Source: Acidovorax sp. (lineage in GTDB: Bacteria > Pseudomonadota > Gammaproteobacteria > Burkholderiales > Burkholderiaceae_C). Taken from it: a stretch of DNA of 64,000 nucleotides. The notes beneath the pieces were generated by a model, which worked only from the letters and a program-made list of their open reading frames with translations, searched no databases and was not told where the DNA came from. The stretch's first letter is position 1, and each line of letters opens with the position of its first letter. Below, piece by piece: positions 28,986 through 39,967 of this stretch. The stretch covers positions 4,745-68,744 of the forward strand of contig NZ_JBKDRI010000159.1 of NCBI RefSeq assembly GCF_046341535.1, in the 5' to 3' direction. A program made the position numbers and the translations under genes.

Positions 28986-29321
28986 ATGCCGTACGCCGCC
29001 CAACACCTGACCCAACCCCCATCACGCGACGACGTGGACCGGATGGTCGGTGCCACCGTGGTCGAATTCGGCACGCCGTGGTGCGGCCACTGCCAGCGGG
29101 CGCAACCGCTGATCGAGCAGGTGCTGGGAGGCCAGCCGGGCGTGGCCCACATCAAGGTGGAAGACGGCCCGGGCCAGCGCCTGGGGCGCAGTTTTGGGGT
29201 CAAGCTTTGGCCTACGCTGGTGTTTCTGAAGGACGGCCAGGAAACCGCCCGGCTGGTGCGCCCCCAAACGGCCAGTGCGATCAGCGACGCTGTGGCCTTG
29301 CTGACCGCCACCGGCACCTGA
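28986..29321 (+). CDS. Thioredoxin-family protein
   Basis: FGTPWCGHC active site; cis-Pro motif VKLWPTL. Confidence 0.88.
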   Translation: MPYAAQHLTQPPSRDDVDRMVGATVVEFGTPWCGHCQRAQPLIEQVLGGQPGVAHIKVEDGPGQRLGRSFGVKLWPTLVFLKDGQETARLVRPQTASAISDAVALLTATGT

Positions 29322-29379
29322 TTCCACGGCGAGCCCAGCGCAGCGCTCCGGCAGCGGCCTGGCAGCGGCCTGGCAGCGG

Positions 29380-32300
29380 CTATTTGGCCACGTCCCCAAG
29401 CCCCACCGCATGGAGCGGATGCGCGGGCTCCTCCACCGCGGCGCTTGTGTTAGCGCCGGGCACGGCCTTGCGCGCAAACAGGGTGTAGACCGTGGGCACC
29501 ACAAAAATGGTGAGCAGTGTGCCCAGCGACATTCCGCCCACAATCACCCATCCGATCTGCGTGCGTGTCTCCGCACCCGCCCCCTTGGCCAGCGCCAGCG
29601 GAATGGCACCCAGCACCATGGCGCCCGTGGTCATCAAAATGGGGCGCAGACGCTGGGCGGATGCCTTGACCAGTGCATCGACCATCTCCATGCCCTGCTC
29701 GCGCAGCTGGTTGGTGAACTCCACGATCAAAATGCCGTGCTTGGTGATCAGCCCCACCAGGGTGATGAGGCCAATCTGCGAATACACATTGATGGAGCCC
29801 CCGCTCCACTTGAGCGCCAGCAATGCGCCAATCATCGACAGAGGCACCGACACCATGATCACCAGCGGGTCAATGAAGCTCTCGAACTGCGCCGACAGCA
29901 CCAGGAAAATGAACAACAGCGCCAGCACGAACACAATGCCCAAAGCGCCCTGAGAGCTTTTGAACTCGCGCGAGGTGCCGTTCAGATCGGTGGTGTAGCC
30001 GGGCTTGAGCACCTTGGCCGCAGTGGCATCCATGAAATTCAGCGCCTCGCCCAGCGAATAGTCGGGCGACAGGTTGGCCGTGATGGTGGCCGAGCGGCGC
30101 TGCCCGAAGTGGTTGAGCTCGCGCGGGCTCACGCTCTCGCGCACGTTGACCAGGCTCGATAGCGGAATCATGGCCTCATTGCGGCCGCGCACATAGATGC
30201 TGTCGATGTTCTCGGGCGTGGTCCTGCCGCGGGCCTCGGTCTGCACGATCACGTCGTACTGCTCGGCATCGCGCTTGTAGCGCGTCACGGTGCGGCCACC
30301 CAGCATGGTCTCGATGGCCTTGGCCACCACTTCCACGCTCACGCCCAGGTCGGCGGCGCGCTCGCGGTTGACCTCGATGCGAAGCTCGGGTTTGTTCAGG
30401 CGCAGGTCCAAGTCTGGACCGATAATGCCGGGGTTTTTGGCCATTTCGGCCATGAAGGCCGAGGTCACCTTGCTCAGGTTCTCGTAGCTATCCGATGTCT
30501 GGATCACGTAGGTGAGGGGACGCGAGCGAAACCCCTGGCCCAGTGACGGCGGCGTGATGATGAAGGCATTGACGCCAGGCAGCCCCGCCACCTTGGGCTG
30601 CAGTTCGCGGGCCAGCTCCAGCGTGGTGCGCGTGCGATCTTCCCAGTCCACCGTGCGGTAAATAACGCTGCCCTGCGCCACCGTCGGGTTGCCGATATTG
30701 GCAAAGATACGGTCGAATTCGGGGTAGGCCTTGCCGATCTTTTCCAGCTCCAGCGCGTAGCGGTTGGTGTAGTCGAGCGTAGCGCCATCCGGCGCAGTCA
30801 CGTTGGCCAGGATGATGCCGCGGTCTTCCATGGGCGAGAGCTCCTGGCGCATGCCCGGATACACCACCACCAGCGCCGCGCCGCTGGCCACCATCACCAC
30901 CAGCACCAGCCAGCGTGCCTGGACAACGGCGCCACGCACGCCACCCCTGCCGCCTTCGCCCGCACCCCAGCGCGCGGTGACCACCCAGCGCAGCAGACGC
31001 CCATACCCATCCGACAGCGCAGTGAGCAAGCGCTCCATCGACCGGTCAAACCAGTTGGGTTGGGGGTTGTGCTTGAGCAGCAGCGAACACATCATGGGCG
31101 ACAGCGTGAGGGCCACGAAACCCGACACCACCACCGCGCCCGCCAGCGCCAGCGCAAATTCAACAAACAGACGGCCCGTCCGGCCCGGCGTGAAGGCCAG
31201 CGGCGCGTACACCGCCACCAGCGTGAGCGTCATGGCCACGATGGCAAACCCGATTTCGCGCGCGCCCTTGATGGCGGCCGAGAACGGGTCCAGGCCCTCC
31301 TCGATGTGGCGGTAGATGTTCTCCAGCATCACGATGGCATCGTCCACCACCAGGCCGATGGCCAGCACCAGCGCCAGCAGGGTCAGTGTGTTGATGGAAA
31401 AACCGGCCAGCGACATCAGCGCAAAGCTGCCCACCAGGCTCACCGGGATGGTGATGATGGGAATGATCGACGCCCGCACGGTGCGCAAGAACACAAAGAT
31501 CACCAGCGCCACCAAAACCACCGCCTCGATGATGGTGGAGTACACGCTCTTGATGGAGCGGTCGATGAACAGCGAGTTGTCGTTGGCAACGTCAATGGCA
31601 ACGTCGGGCGGCAGGTCTTGCTTGAGCGTGGGCAGCATGGCGCGCACGCCCTTGGACAGCTCCAGCGGGTTGGCCGTGGCCTGGCGGATCACACCGACCG
31701 AAATCGCCTCGCGTCCATTGAGCCGCACGCGGCTGCGGTCGCTGGCAGCACCCTCTTCGACCCGCGCCACATCACGAATGCGCACCGGAAACCCGTTGAC
31801 GGTGCGGATCACCACGTTGGAAAACTGCGCGGGCGTCGCCAGGTCGGTCTGCGACGTTACGCTGAACTCGCGCTGCTGCGACTCGATGCGACCTGCGGGC
31901 AACTCCAGATTGTTGCGGCGGATGGCATCTTCCACATCCTGCGTGGTCAGGCGGTAGCCTGCCAGCCGTTCAGGGCTCAGCCACACGCGCATGGCGTACT
32001 TGCGCTCGCCATAGATGGGCACATCGGCTACGCCGGTCACCGTTTGCAAGCGCGGTTTGACGATGCGGTTGACCAGGTCATTGATCTCCAGCGGGCTGCG
32101 GGTTTCGCTGCTGAAGGCCACCCACATCACGGGCGACGCATCGGCCTCGACCTTGGCGATCACGGGTTCGTCCACGGCGTTGGGCAGGCGATTGCGCACG
32201 CGGGCGGTGCGGTCACGCACCTCGGCGGCAGCATTGTCGGCATCTTTTTCCAGCCGGAACCGCACGCTGATCTGGCTTTGCTCAGCGCGGCTGATGGACG

Positions 32301-32541
32301 TGATCACGTCCACCGCATCAATACCCGCAATCGAGTCCTCCAGCGGCTTGGTCACCTGAGACTCGATCACCTCCGCCGACGCGCCGGCATAGCGCACGCT
32401 CACCGTCACCACCGGCTCATCGATCTTGGGATATTCGCGCACGGACAGCCGCGTGAAGCTGACAGCGCCGATCAGCAGCACCAGCAGCGAAAGCACGGTG
32501 GCGAACACCGGTCGTCGGATGGAGATTTCAGCGAGTTGCAT
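29380..32541 (-). CDS. RND efflux permease (AcrB/HAE1 family)
   Basis: SIRRPVFA, VDDAIVMLENI, KHGILIVEF, RLRPILMTT. Confidence 0.96.
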   Translation of the reverse strand: MQLAEISIRRPVFATVLSLLVLLIGAVSFTRLSVREYPKIDEPVVTVSVRYAGASAEVIESQVTKPLEDSIAGIDAVDVITSISRAEQSQISVRFRLEKDADNAAAEVRDRTARVRNRLPNAVDEPVIAKVEADASPVMWVAFSSETRSPLEINDLVNRIVKPRLQTVTGVADVPIYGERKYAMRVWLSPERLAGYRLTTQDVEDAIRRNNLELPAGRIESQQREFSVTSQTDLATPAQFSNVVIRTVNGFPVRIRDVARVEEGAASDRSRVRLNGREAISVGVIRQATANPLELSKGVRAMLPTLKQDLPPDVAIDVANDNSLFIDRSIKSVYSTIIEAVVLVALVIFVFLRTVRASIIPIITIPVSLVGSFALMSLAGFSINTLTLLALVLAIGLVVDDAIVMLENIYRHIEEGLDPFSAAIKGAREIGFAIVAMTLTLVAVYAPLAFTPGRTGRLFVEFALALAGAVVVSGFVALTLSPMMCSLLLKHNPQPNWFDRSMERLLTALSDGYGRLLRWVVTARWGAGEGGRGGVRGAVVQARWLVLVVMVASGAALVVVYPGMRQELSPMEDRGIILANVTAPDGATLDYTNRYALELEKIGKAYPEFDRIFANIGNPTVAQGSVIYRTVDWEDRTRTTLELARELQPKVAGLPGVNAFIITPPSLGQGFRSRPLTYVIQTSDSYENLSKVTSAFMAEMAKNPGIIGPDLDLRLNKPELRIEVNRERAADLGVSVEVVAKAIETMLGGRTVTRYKRDAEQYDVIVQTEARGRTTPENIDSIYVRGRNEAMIPLSSLVNVRESVSPRELNHFGQRRSATITANLSPDYSLGEALNFMDATAAKVLKPGYTTDLNGTSREFKSSQGALGIVFVLALLFIFLVLSAQFESFIDPLVIMVSVPLSMIGALLALKWSGGSINVYSQIGLITLVGLITKHGILIVEFTNQLREQGMEMVDALVKASAQRLRPILMTTGAMVLGAIPLALAKGAGAETRTQIGWVIVGGMSLGTLLTIFVVPTVYTLFARKAVPGANTSAAVEEPAHPLHAVGLGDVAK

Positions 32542-32645
32542 GGCAGGAAGCGGTGAAGCGTTTCACGTCAACGATGGGCAATGGCAATGGCAATGGCGGT
32601 GACAGGAAGCTGGACGCTGAAAGTGCAGGCAGATCCTGTGCCGAC

Positions 32646-34082
32646 TCAACGCGCCACACCAGCCTGGCCAGCCTGCCCCACCTGGCAGGGGCTCACACCC
32701 GGCAGGGGTGCCACCAGAGCTGCCGGCTTGAGTTTTTGGCTCCCCACCACCGATGCGCCGGTCGGGCCCGGAATTGCTGGCGCGTTGGCATTGCCACCGG
32801 CATCGCCCTTGGCAGCGCCGTCCTGGCGCGCGGGCGCTGATGTGGATGCGGCCGCAGACGCATTGGAGGCTGCAGCGGCAGGCTGCTTTGCGGCCGATTT
32901 GTCGCCCGCGGGCCCCGCCGCAAGGTCCACCACCCGAACCGGGGTGCCATCGCGCTGGAGGCGCTGCTGGCCTGCAGACACCACGGTGTCGCCCACCGCC
33001 AGGCCCTCAACCACTTCCACCAGACCGGGCACGCGGGTTCCCAAGGTGACCGGAGTGCGGCGCGCCACGCGTGTGCCTGGCTCCTTGCCATCGACAATCT
33101 TGAACACATAGGGGCTGCTACCGTCGGGCACCACGGCTTCCTCCGGTATCACGCGGGCATCAGGGCGTTCAGCAAACACCGCCGTCACGCGCGCGAACAT
33201 GCCGGGTCGCAGTTGCAGCCGGCGGTTGTCGATGCAGCCGCGCACTGCGATGGAGCGGCCATCGGCATCGATCTGCGGGTTGATCGCCTGCACCAGAGCC
33301 GGGTAGAGCACGCCCGGTAGTGCATCGAATGCCACCTGAGCAACCTGGCCTGCCCGTACCTTGGCCTGCAGCCGCTCGGGTAAGCGAAAGTCCACATACA
33401 GCGTGTCCAGGTCCTCGACGTTGACGATATCCGCGCCATCCTTGAGGTAATCGCCCACGTTCACACCGCGGATGCCTGCCACGCCGTCAAACGGTGCCAC
33501 GATCTTCAGGCGCGCAGTGGAGGCTTCGGCCAGCGCCAGCTTGGCCTGTTCAACCTCCAGATTGGCGGCGCTTTCATCCACGGAGCGCTGACTGATGAAA
33601 CCTTGGGCGACCAGCTCCTGGTTGCGCTTGTGGTTGGCCTGCGCAATCGAGAGCTCGGCCCGGCTTTGTTGTACCTGGGCGCGCGGCAGCTGATCATCGA
33701 ACTGCACCAGGAGCTGGCCCTTGCGCACGCGCTCTCCATCGCGAAAGTTGAGCTGCGTGATGCGCCCGCTCACCTCCGGGCGCAGCATCACGCTCTGGCG
33801 GGACTTCAGGCTCCCCACGGCCTCTGCGTCGTCGCGCAAGGCCATCTGGCGCACCTGCACCACCTCCACCGCCACCGGCCGGCCCGCGCCGCCCTGCTGC
33901 GCACCGCGACCCGCGCCCGACCCAGCGCCGGCATTGCCTGCGGCCGCCGGCGCACCTGTCGCGGGGGTCGCAACGGGCTCGGCACGCGGGGGCTGGGATG
34001 GCCGCTGCAACCACCAGGCGCCCACCGACGCTGCCGCAATCCCAAGAACAGCAATAACCGTGAATCTGTACTTTGACGCCAT
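32646..34082 (-). CDS. RND membrane-fusion (periplasmic adaptor) protein
   Basis: N-terminal TM; GRITQLNFRDG, IVAPFDG, LRPGMFAR. Confidence 0.93.
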   Translation of the reverse strand: MASKYRFTVIAVLGIAAASVGAWWLQRPSQPPRAEPVATPATGAPAAAGNAGAGSGAGRGAQQGGAGRPVAVEVVQVRQMALRDDAEAVGSLKSRQSVMLRPEVSGRITQLNFRDGERVRKGQLLVQFDDQLPRAQVQQSRAELSIAQANHKRNQELVAQGFISQRSVDESAANLEVEQAKLALAEASTARLKIVAPFDGVAGIRGVNVGDYLKDGADIVNVEDLDTLYVDFRLPERLQAKVRAGQVAQVAFDALPGVLYPALVQAINPQIDADGRSIAVRGCIDNRRLQLRPGMFARVTAVFAERPDARVIPEEAVVPDGSSPYVFKIVDGKEPGTRVARRTPVTLGTRVPGLVEVVEGLAVGDTVVSAGQQRLQRDGTPVRVVDLAAGPAGDKSAAKQPAAAASNASAAASTSAPARQDGAAKGDAGGNANAPAIPGPTGASVVGSQKLKPAALVAPLPGVSPCQVGQAGQAGVAR

Positions 34083-34246
34083 GGAGGAACCAGCCAGTGA
34101 TGAACGCAACCGTTCAATGTAACAGCCTGGGTCGGCCTTCGCTGAAACCGCCAGGTTTGCGCCGGGCTCAAGGTGCAGGCTTGACGCTAGCTGTGCATGC
34201 CAAGGGCGGCCGCGCAGGGGGCCACCCTACGTCCAAACCCGGCAGG

Positions 34247-34696
34247 TCAGCCACGGCTGAGGGCTTTGCTCACGCCACGATTGGCCAACTCGTCAGCGCG
34301 TTCATTGCCCGGGTCGCCCGAATGACCCCGCACCCAGCGCCAGTCAATCCGGTGGCCGCCGGTGCTGACCAAGGCATCGAGCCGCTGCCACAGCTCGACG
34401 TTCTTGACCGGCTGCTTGGAGGCGGTGAGCCAACCACGGGCCTTCCAGCCATGAATCCATTCAGTGATGCCCTTGCGCACGTATTCGCTGTCCAGGTAGA
34501 GCGTGACGGCGCAGGGGCGCTTGAGCGCCGAGAGCGCCTCAATCACGGCCAGGAGCTCCATGCGGTTGTTGGTGGTGCCCAGCTCACCGCCGAAGAGTTC
34601 TTTTTCGATGCTGCCAGCGCGCAGCAAGACGCCCCAGCCCCCCGGACCCGGATTGCCCTTGCAGGCTCCGTCTGTGTATATCTCGACCTGATTCAA
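34247..34696 (-). CDS. rnhA: Ribonuclease HI
   Basis: [33 protein letters not shown]. Confidence 0.97.
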   Translation of the reverse strand: MNQVEIYTDGACKGNPGPGGWGVLLRAGSIEKELFGGELGTTNNRMELLAVIEALSALKRPCAVTLYLDSEYVRKGITEWIHGWKARGWLTASKQPVKNVELWQRLDALVSTGGHRIDWRWVRGHSGDPGNERADELANRGVSKALSRG

Positions 34697-35646
34697 ACCG
34701 AATTATTCCTGTGTTGATTGCTGACCCGGGCCCCACCATCACGGCGATGGTGCGGTTTCGCGGGCATGGTTACCCCGTTGACGCCGGCTCGGTTGGCAAT
34801 GGGCTGCGTGGCGGAGGCACGCTGGCGCACGCCCCGCCATGCAGGTTCTATGAGCCGCATGCCATACACACGCTTGACCGCCACCAGAAAATACGCCGAA
34901 CCGAAGATGGGCCACCACCGCTCACCGAGCCTGTCCATCCAGCTCAAGCGTTCCAGCCAGCCCGTTGTGCGGACTGCTGGACGATAACAGCCAAACTGGG
35001 CGGACTCGACCTCAAAGCTCAGAAGCCGGAGCCAGTCGCGCAGCCGCCGGTAGCCGATGAACTCCCCCACGTCGGGAAGATACAGCGAGCCCTTGCCCAG
35101 GCGCTGGTAAAGCCGGGCCCTTGCCTGGCGCAGACCCCACAGGCTGGCCGGGTTCAGCCCGCTGATAACCACGCGACCTTCAGGCACCAGCACCCGAGCC
35201 ACCTCGCGCAGGGTCGCATGCGGGTCTAGGCTGAGCTCCAGCGTGTGCGGCAGCACCAACAGGTCCAGGCTGGCCTCAGGAAACGGAAGGGCCACAGATT
35301 CGGCCAAAAGAACCACTGGCCGCCCCACCAGCGGGCTGCATGGCGCAGCCCCGGACCTTGTCTCGTCCGGCGACTTCACCGCACCACCGGGGTGGTCGGG
35401 CGCAGCAGGGTCGCTGCCGGCAGCTCGGCCAAACACCTGCGCCAGGCCTTCCTGCCCCTGTGAAAGCCACTGGTGCGGCATGCGGTTGGCGCGCAGCCCA
35501 TCCACAAAAGGTAACCCCAGCTGGAGGCTGTGGTAGCCAAAAATATCCGCAACCGCTTCATCAAAGCGGGCCTGCTCCCAGGCCAACAGATACTGGCCTG
35601 GCGGAGACTCGAACCAGTGGTGCAAACCTATAATTTGATCGCTCAT
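34693..35646 (-). CDS. Class I SAM-dependent methyltransferase (YafS-like)
   Basis: [18 protein letters not shown] and NPASLWG; conserved position between gloB and rnhA. Confidence 0.85.
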   Translation of the reverse strand: MSDQIIGLHHWFESPPGQYLLAWEQARFDEAVADIFGYHSLQLGLPFVDGLRANRMPHQWLSQGQEGLAQVFGRAAGSDPAAPDHPGGAVKSPDETRSGAAPCSPLVGRPVVLLAESVALPFPEASLDLLVLPHTLELSLDPHATLREVARVLVPEGRVVISGLNPASLWGLRQARARLYQRLGKGSLYLPDVGEFIGYRRLRDWLRLLSFEVESAQFGCYRPAVRTTGWLERLSWMDRLGERWWPIFGSAYFLVAVKRVYGMRLIEPAWRGVRQRASATQPIANRAGVNGVTMPAKPHHRRDGGARVSNQHRNNSV

Positions 35647-36424
35647 GAACCTGCTGCCACTACCCGCGTTGACCGACAACTACATCTGGATGCTGCACGA
35701 CGGGCGCCGGGCGATCGTCGTTGATCCGGGGGAAGCCCCACCCGTGATGCGGGTGTTGCAGCAGCTGGGGCTGCAATTGCAGTCCATTCTAGTCACGCAC
35801 CATCACGGCGATCACGTGGGCGGGGTGGATGCGCTGCGCGAGGCCACTGGCGCCGCGGTCTATGGCCCGGCGCGCGAGCGCATTCCGCAGCCGGCGGTGC
35901 CCTTGGTGCAAGGTGACCGCGTCAGCGCGCTGGGGCTGGATTTCACGGTGATGGATGTCCCGGGCCACACGGCCGGCCATATTGCATTTTTTTGTGCCGC
36001 CGTGGACGGAGCACCCTTGCTGTTTTGCGGCGATACGCTGTTTTCGGGCGGTTGCGGCCGGTTGTTTGAAGGCACGCCCGCACAGATGCTCAAGTCCCTC
36101 GACAGCCTGGCGGCGCTTCCAGGCAACACCCGCGTCTGCTGCACTCACGAGTACACGCTGGCCAATCTCCGATTTGCGCGCGCGGTTGAACCTGCCAACG
36201 TTGCATTGATCGACTACCAGGGCCTTTGCGAAACGCTGCGCGCAGACCACCTGCCCACACTGCCTTCGAGCATGGCGCTTGAACGCGAGATCAATCCTTT
36301 CCTGCGCGTTCGCGTTCCTGCTGTAGCCCAGTCCGCCAGGGTGCACGAGCCGCAGATGACCAGTGAAGCAGACGCAGTGGCGGTCCTGGCTGCCCTGCGC
36401 GAATGGAAAAACAACTTCCGATGA
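35645..36424 (+). CDS. gloB: Hydroxyacylglutathione hydrolase (glyoxalase II)
   Basis: THHHGDHVGG, PGHTAGH, CGDTLFSGGCG, HEYT. Confidence 0.95.
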   Translation: MNLLPLPALTDNYIWMLHDGRRAIVVDPGEAPPVMRVLQQLGLQLQSILVTHHHGDHVGGVDALREATGAAVYGPARERIPQPAVPLVQGDRVSALGLDFTVMDVPGHTAGHIAFFCAAVDGAPLLFCGDTLFSGGCGRLFEGTPAQMLKSLDSLAALPGNTRVCCTHEYTLANLRFARAVEPANVALIDYQGLCETLRADHLPTLPSSMALEREINPFLRVRVPAVAQSARVHEPQMTSEADAVAVLAALREWKNNFR

Positions 36425-37980
36425 AATTCCTGCACATCGCACTCTTGTCTGCTGTGGTCTGGCTCACGGGTTGCGCCACCACAGGCTTCAGTGGCGCCAC
36501 CAGCGGTACCACCAGCACCACCAGCAGCAGCAGCCCTTCAGAACAGAGGCCGGGCGCCGCAGCAGCCACCGCGGAACCCTCCGCTCGCACTGCGCCCCAT
36601 GTGCCCCAGTATCCCTCCGGCCCGTTGCGTCCGATAACGCTGGCATTTGCCAGCAGTACCGAGGTTGCCTCGCTCGCCGCCCCTGCCGACCTGTGGGAGC
36701 GCATCCGGCGCGGCTTTGCCATGCCAGACTTGCAGCACGAGCTCGTGCAGGACCGCGAGCAGTGGTACGCAGCGCGGCCCGACTACATCCAGCGCATGTC
36801 CGAGCGCTCCCGCAAGTACCTGTTTCACATTGTCGAAGAACTGGAACGCCGCGGCATGCCGACCGAGCTGGCCCTGCTGCCCTACATCGAAAGCGCCTTC
36901 AACCCGCAGGCGGTTTCCAGCGCCAAAGCGGCAGGCATGTGGCAGTTCATGCCGGCCACAGGCAGCTATTTCGACCTCAAGCAAAACGCGTTCCGGGATG
37001 ACCGCCGCGATGTGCTGGCATCCACCCGCGCCGCGCTGGACTACCTGCAAAAGCTGTATGGCATGTTCGGAGACTGGCACCTCGCCCTGGCCGCCTACAA
37101 CTGGGGCGAAGGCAGCGTCGGCCGCGCCATCGCACGCAACCAAAAGCAGGGCCTGGGCACCGGTTACACAGATCTGAACATGCCCGCCGAAACCCGCATG
37201 TACGTGCCCAAGCTGCAGGCCGTCAAGAACATCGTCGCCAACCCCGGCGCCTTTCGCGCCGAGTTACCGCTGATCGAGAATCATCCCTACTTCCAGACGG
37301 TGGATATCACCAACGATATCGACGTCGCGCTGGTCGCCAGTCTTGCAGGCATCCGCGAGGAAGACTTCAGGGCGTTGAATCCGTCGTTGAACAAGCCCGT
37401 GATCATGGCGGCTGGCACGCCCCAGATTCTTTTGCCCTGGGACAACGCCAAAGTTTTCCAGCGCAATCTGCAGGCCCGCAGCGAAGGCCAGTACGCAAGC
37501 TGGACCGTGTGGACAGCCCCAACGTCCATGACCGTGGCCGATGCGGCCCAGCGCACGGGTATGAGCGAGCAGGATTTGCGCGCGCTCAACAACATCCCAC
37601 CCCGGATGCTGATCCGGGCGGGATCGGCCCTGATGGTGCCACGCACCGCCACCACGCGGCAGGATGTGTCGTCCCACCTGGCGGACAACGGCCAGATGTT
37701 CTTCACGCCGGAAGTCGTCACCCGGCGCACCTCGGTGCGCGCGGGTAAGGGGGACACGGTGGCCAGCATTGCACGGCGCTACAAGCTCGCGCCTGCCATG
37801 GTGGCCGACTGGAACGATGTGCGCCCCAATGCCGCATTCAAGGCTGGCGAGAAGGTGGTGGTGTACCTGCCCGTCAAGGCCGCAACCGCAAGCTCGGTCA
37901 GGCGCGTGAGCAGCGCAGGGCCCAAGAAGTCAACCGGCACACCCCGCGGCGGGACGCCGTCACGGCAAAAGCGCAGCTGA
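36421..37980 (+). CDS. mltD: Membrane-bound lytic murein transglycosylase D with LysM domains
   Basis: Lipobox LTGC; IESAFNP, AAGMWQFMP, ALAAYNWGEG; C-terminal LysM repeats. Confidence 0.92.
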   Translation: MKFLHIALLSAVVWLTGCATTGFSGATSGTTSTTSSSSPSEQRPGAAAATAEPSARTAPHVPQYPSGPLRPITLAFASSTEVASLAAPADLWERIRRGFAMPDLQHELVQDREQWYAARPDYIQRMSERSRKYLFHIVEELERRGMPTELALLPYIESAFNPQAVSSAKAAGMWQFMPATGSYFDLKQNAFRDDRRDVLASTRAALDYLQKLYGMFGDWHLALAAYNWGEGSVGRAIARNQKQGLGTGYTDLNMPAETRMYVPKLQAVKNIVANPGAFRAELPLIENHPYFQTVDITNDIDVALVASLAGIREEDFRALNPSLNKPVIMAAGTPQILLPWDNAKVFQRNLQARSEGQYASWTVWTAPTSMTVADAAQRTGMSEQDLRALNNIPPRMLIRAGSALMVPRTATTRQDVSSHLADNGQMFFTPEVVTRRTSVRAGKGDTVASIARRYKLAPAMVADWNDVRPNAAFKAGEKVVVYLPVKAATASSVRRVSSAGPKKSTGTPRGGTPSRQKRS

Positions 37981-38236
37981 CCCGATCGTTCGCGTTTTTC
38001 TCTCCACCCTGGCGTGATTCGCCGCCGGGTGGAACCTGCCAGGCGCATGCAGGGCGCTGATCGGGTCCCGTCAGATGCGGGGCACCCCCCGCAGCTGGGG
38101 CCGGTTGGTGATTTTGCCGAGTGTGCAGCCGACGTTTGCCTTAACCAACAGGCCGCCGGTATTCATGCACCGCGAAACTGCGCCGCGCAAAAGGCCCGCG
38201 CACCCTCGCAAGGGGGATGCGCGACATCCCTGAACG

Positions 38237-38662
38237 TCAGCGATAACCGATGAAAAAAATGGCAATGTTGACCAAAAAGGCAGCCGCCCACACGGCGCTG
38301 CGCACCATCGGCATGTCTGACACGTACATGAGGATGTAGAAGATGCGCAGCATCACATAGGCAAAAGCCAGGATATCGAGAAGCGTCTGCCCGGCACCCA
38401 GCGTGTGCGCGATGATGACTGCGCCGATAAAGAACGGCAAGGCTTCAAAACTGTTGGCCTGCGCGGCATTGGCGCGGGCACGCCAGTCACTTTGCCGGGC
38501 AAGCCAGGCCCTGGGCTCATGGTTGTCGTAGCCCCCGTCCTTGGGCGGTTTTCCGAGCGCACCGCTTTTGGCCAGCCATGCGCAGGCAATCGGCAAGAGC
38601 GCCGCGATCAGCACACACCAATACGCCACCGTGAAGCGCGCCACATGTATCGTTGTATTCAT
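38237..38662 (-). CDS. MAPEG-family membrane protein
   Basis: GYDNHEPR and RANAAQANSFEALPFF. Confidence 0.85.
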   Translation of the reverse strand: MNTTIHVARFTVAYWCVLIAALLPIACAWLAKSGALGKPPKDGGYDNHEPRAWLARQSDWRARANAAQANSFEALPFFIGAVIIAHTLGAGQTLLDILAFAYVMLRIFYILMYVSDMPMVRSAVWAAAFLVNIAIFFIGYR

Positions 38663-38670
38663 TTCATCAA

Positions 38671-38727
38671 CTTTTTTGCGCACTAGCGCACGTCAGCAAA
38701 GCGTTTCTAGCTATTGATTTAAGAGTA
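38671..38727 (-). repeat. Dispersed bipartite ~57-bp element, copy 2 (recR-MAPEG intergenic)
   Basis: Minus strand tactcttaaatcaatagct-agaaacgctt-tgctga-cgtgcg-ctagtgcgc-aaaaaag. Confidence 0.65.
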
Positions 38728-38878
38728 TTCTATCGCGCCATCCTTCGATGCGCCGGGCCGTCGGTACACGCTGGGGCCCTCCAGAAAACCGCAGAGGGCC
38801 ACCCTTCATGCCGCTATGCCCCAGCGTTCGGCACAAGCGTGACATGATCCACCGCCAGTATGCGGCCGTCAAATCACG

Positions 38879-39469
38879 CTAACGCCGGTCCACCAAGGCA
38901 TGCGCGATGGTGCCCAGGTCCACGTATTCCAGTTCACTGCCCACCGGCACGCCCCGGGCCAGTCGCGTGACATGCATGCCACGCGCCTTGAGCACGTCGC
39001 TGATCACGTGGGCCGTCGCTTCGCCCTCTGCATTGAAGTTCGTCGCCAGGATGACCTCCTGCACCAGCCCGTCGGCTGCGCGATCGAGCAGCCTTTGTAA
39101 GCCGATCTCTTTCGGGCCAATCCCGTCGAGCGGGCTCAGCCGCCCCATCAGCACGAAATACAACCCCTTGAACGCACCCGTGCGCTCCAAGGCCGCCTGG
39201 TCTGCTGGCGTCTCGACCACACACAGGCGGCTGCGGTCCCGCGCAGGGTCAAGACAGGTACTGCACACCGGCGCCTCGGTGAACGTATGGCAGCGCTCAC
39301 AGTGGCGCACTGCGCCCACCGCCTCATGCAGGGCGCGCGACAGCAGTTCAGCCCCTGCCCTGTCGTGCTGCAGCATATGAAACGCCATGCGCTGTGCGGA
39401 CTTCACACCCACCCCTGGCAGGCGGCGCAGCGCCTGGATCAAGACATCGAGAGCGTTGGTAGAGGACAT
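38879..39469 (-). CDS. recR: Recombination mediator RecR
   Basis: [14 protein letters not shown]4 zinc finger, Toprim [14 protein letters not shown]. Confidence 0.97.
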   Translation of the reverse strand: MSSTNALDVLIQALRRLPGVGVKSAQRMAFHMLQHDRAGAELLSRALHEAVGAVRHCERCHTFTEAPVCSTCLDPARDRSRLCVVETPADQAALERTGAFKGLYFVLMGRLSPLDGIGPKEIGLQRLLDRAADGLVQEVILATNFNAEGEATAHVISDVLKARGMHVTRLARGVPVGSELEYVDLGTIAHALVDRR

Positions 39470-39502
39470 GAACAACGCATTAGGCCCGCGCAGCAGCCAG
39501 CA

Positions 39503-39835
39503 TCAGAACGGAAACTTCATTCCGCCGGGCAGGCCTGGCATCCCGGCCGTCAACTTGCCCATTTTTTCGGCGGATGTCTCTTCTGCCTTGCGTACCGCAG
39601 CGTTGAAGGCTGCAGCGACCAGGTCCTCGAGCATGTCCTTGTCATCTGCCAGCAGGCTAGGGTCGATGGTGACGCGCTTGACATCGTGCTTGCAGGTCAT
39701 CAAGACCTTGACCAGCCCCGCACCCGACTCGCCTTCAACCTCGATGAACGCCAGTTCGTCCTGCGCCTTCTTGAGGTTGTCCTGCATGGCCTGTGCCTGC
39801 TTCATGAGGCCGGCAAGTTGTCCCTTATTGAACAT
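39503..39835 (-). CDS. ybaB: YbaB/EbfC nucleoid-associated protein
   Basis: MKQAQAMQ and [12 protein letters not shown]. Confidence 0.95.
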   Translation of the reverse strand: MFNKGQLAGLMKQAQAMQDNLKKAQDELAFIEVEGESGAGLVKVLMTCKHDVKRVTIDPSLLADDKDMLEDLVAAAFNAAVRKAEETSAEKMGKLTAGMPGLPGGMKFPF

Positions 39836-39967
39836 GGAGTTTCCTTTGATGAAAGATGAAAAATGAAATCCTGCCCCGCAAGGCGATGCCTTGGATTGTG
39901 ATGGTGCGGAAATCTTAGCCCTGCTCTGTGAAAGGCATGCGGAGGTATGGCTAGTAAGACGTGTGCT

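Noticed and set aside
29410-32556. Plus-strand ORFs of 250 and 498 aa over the RND gene
   Set aside because: Antisense shadows
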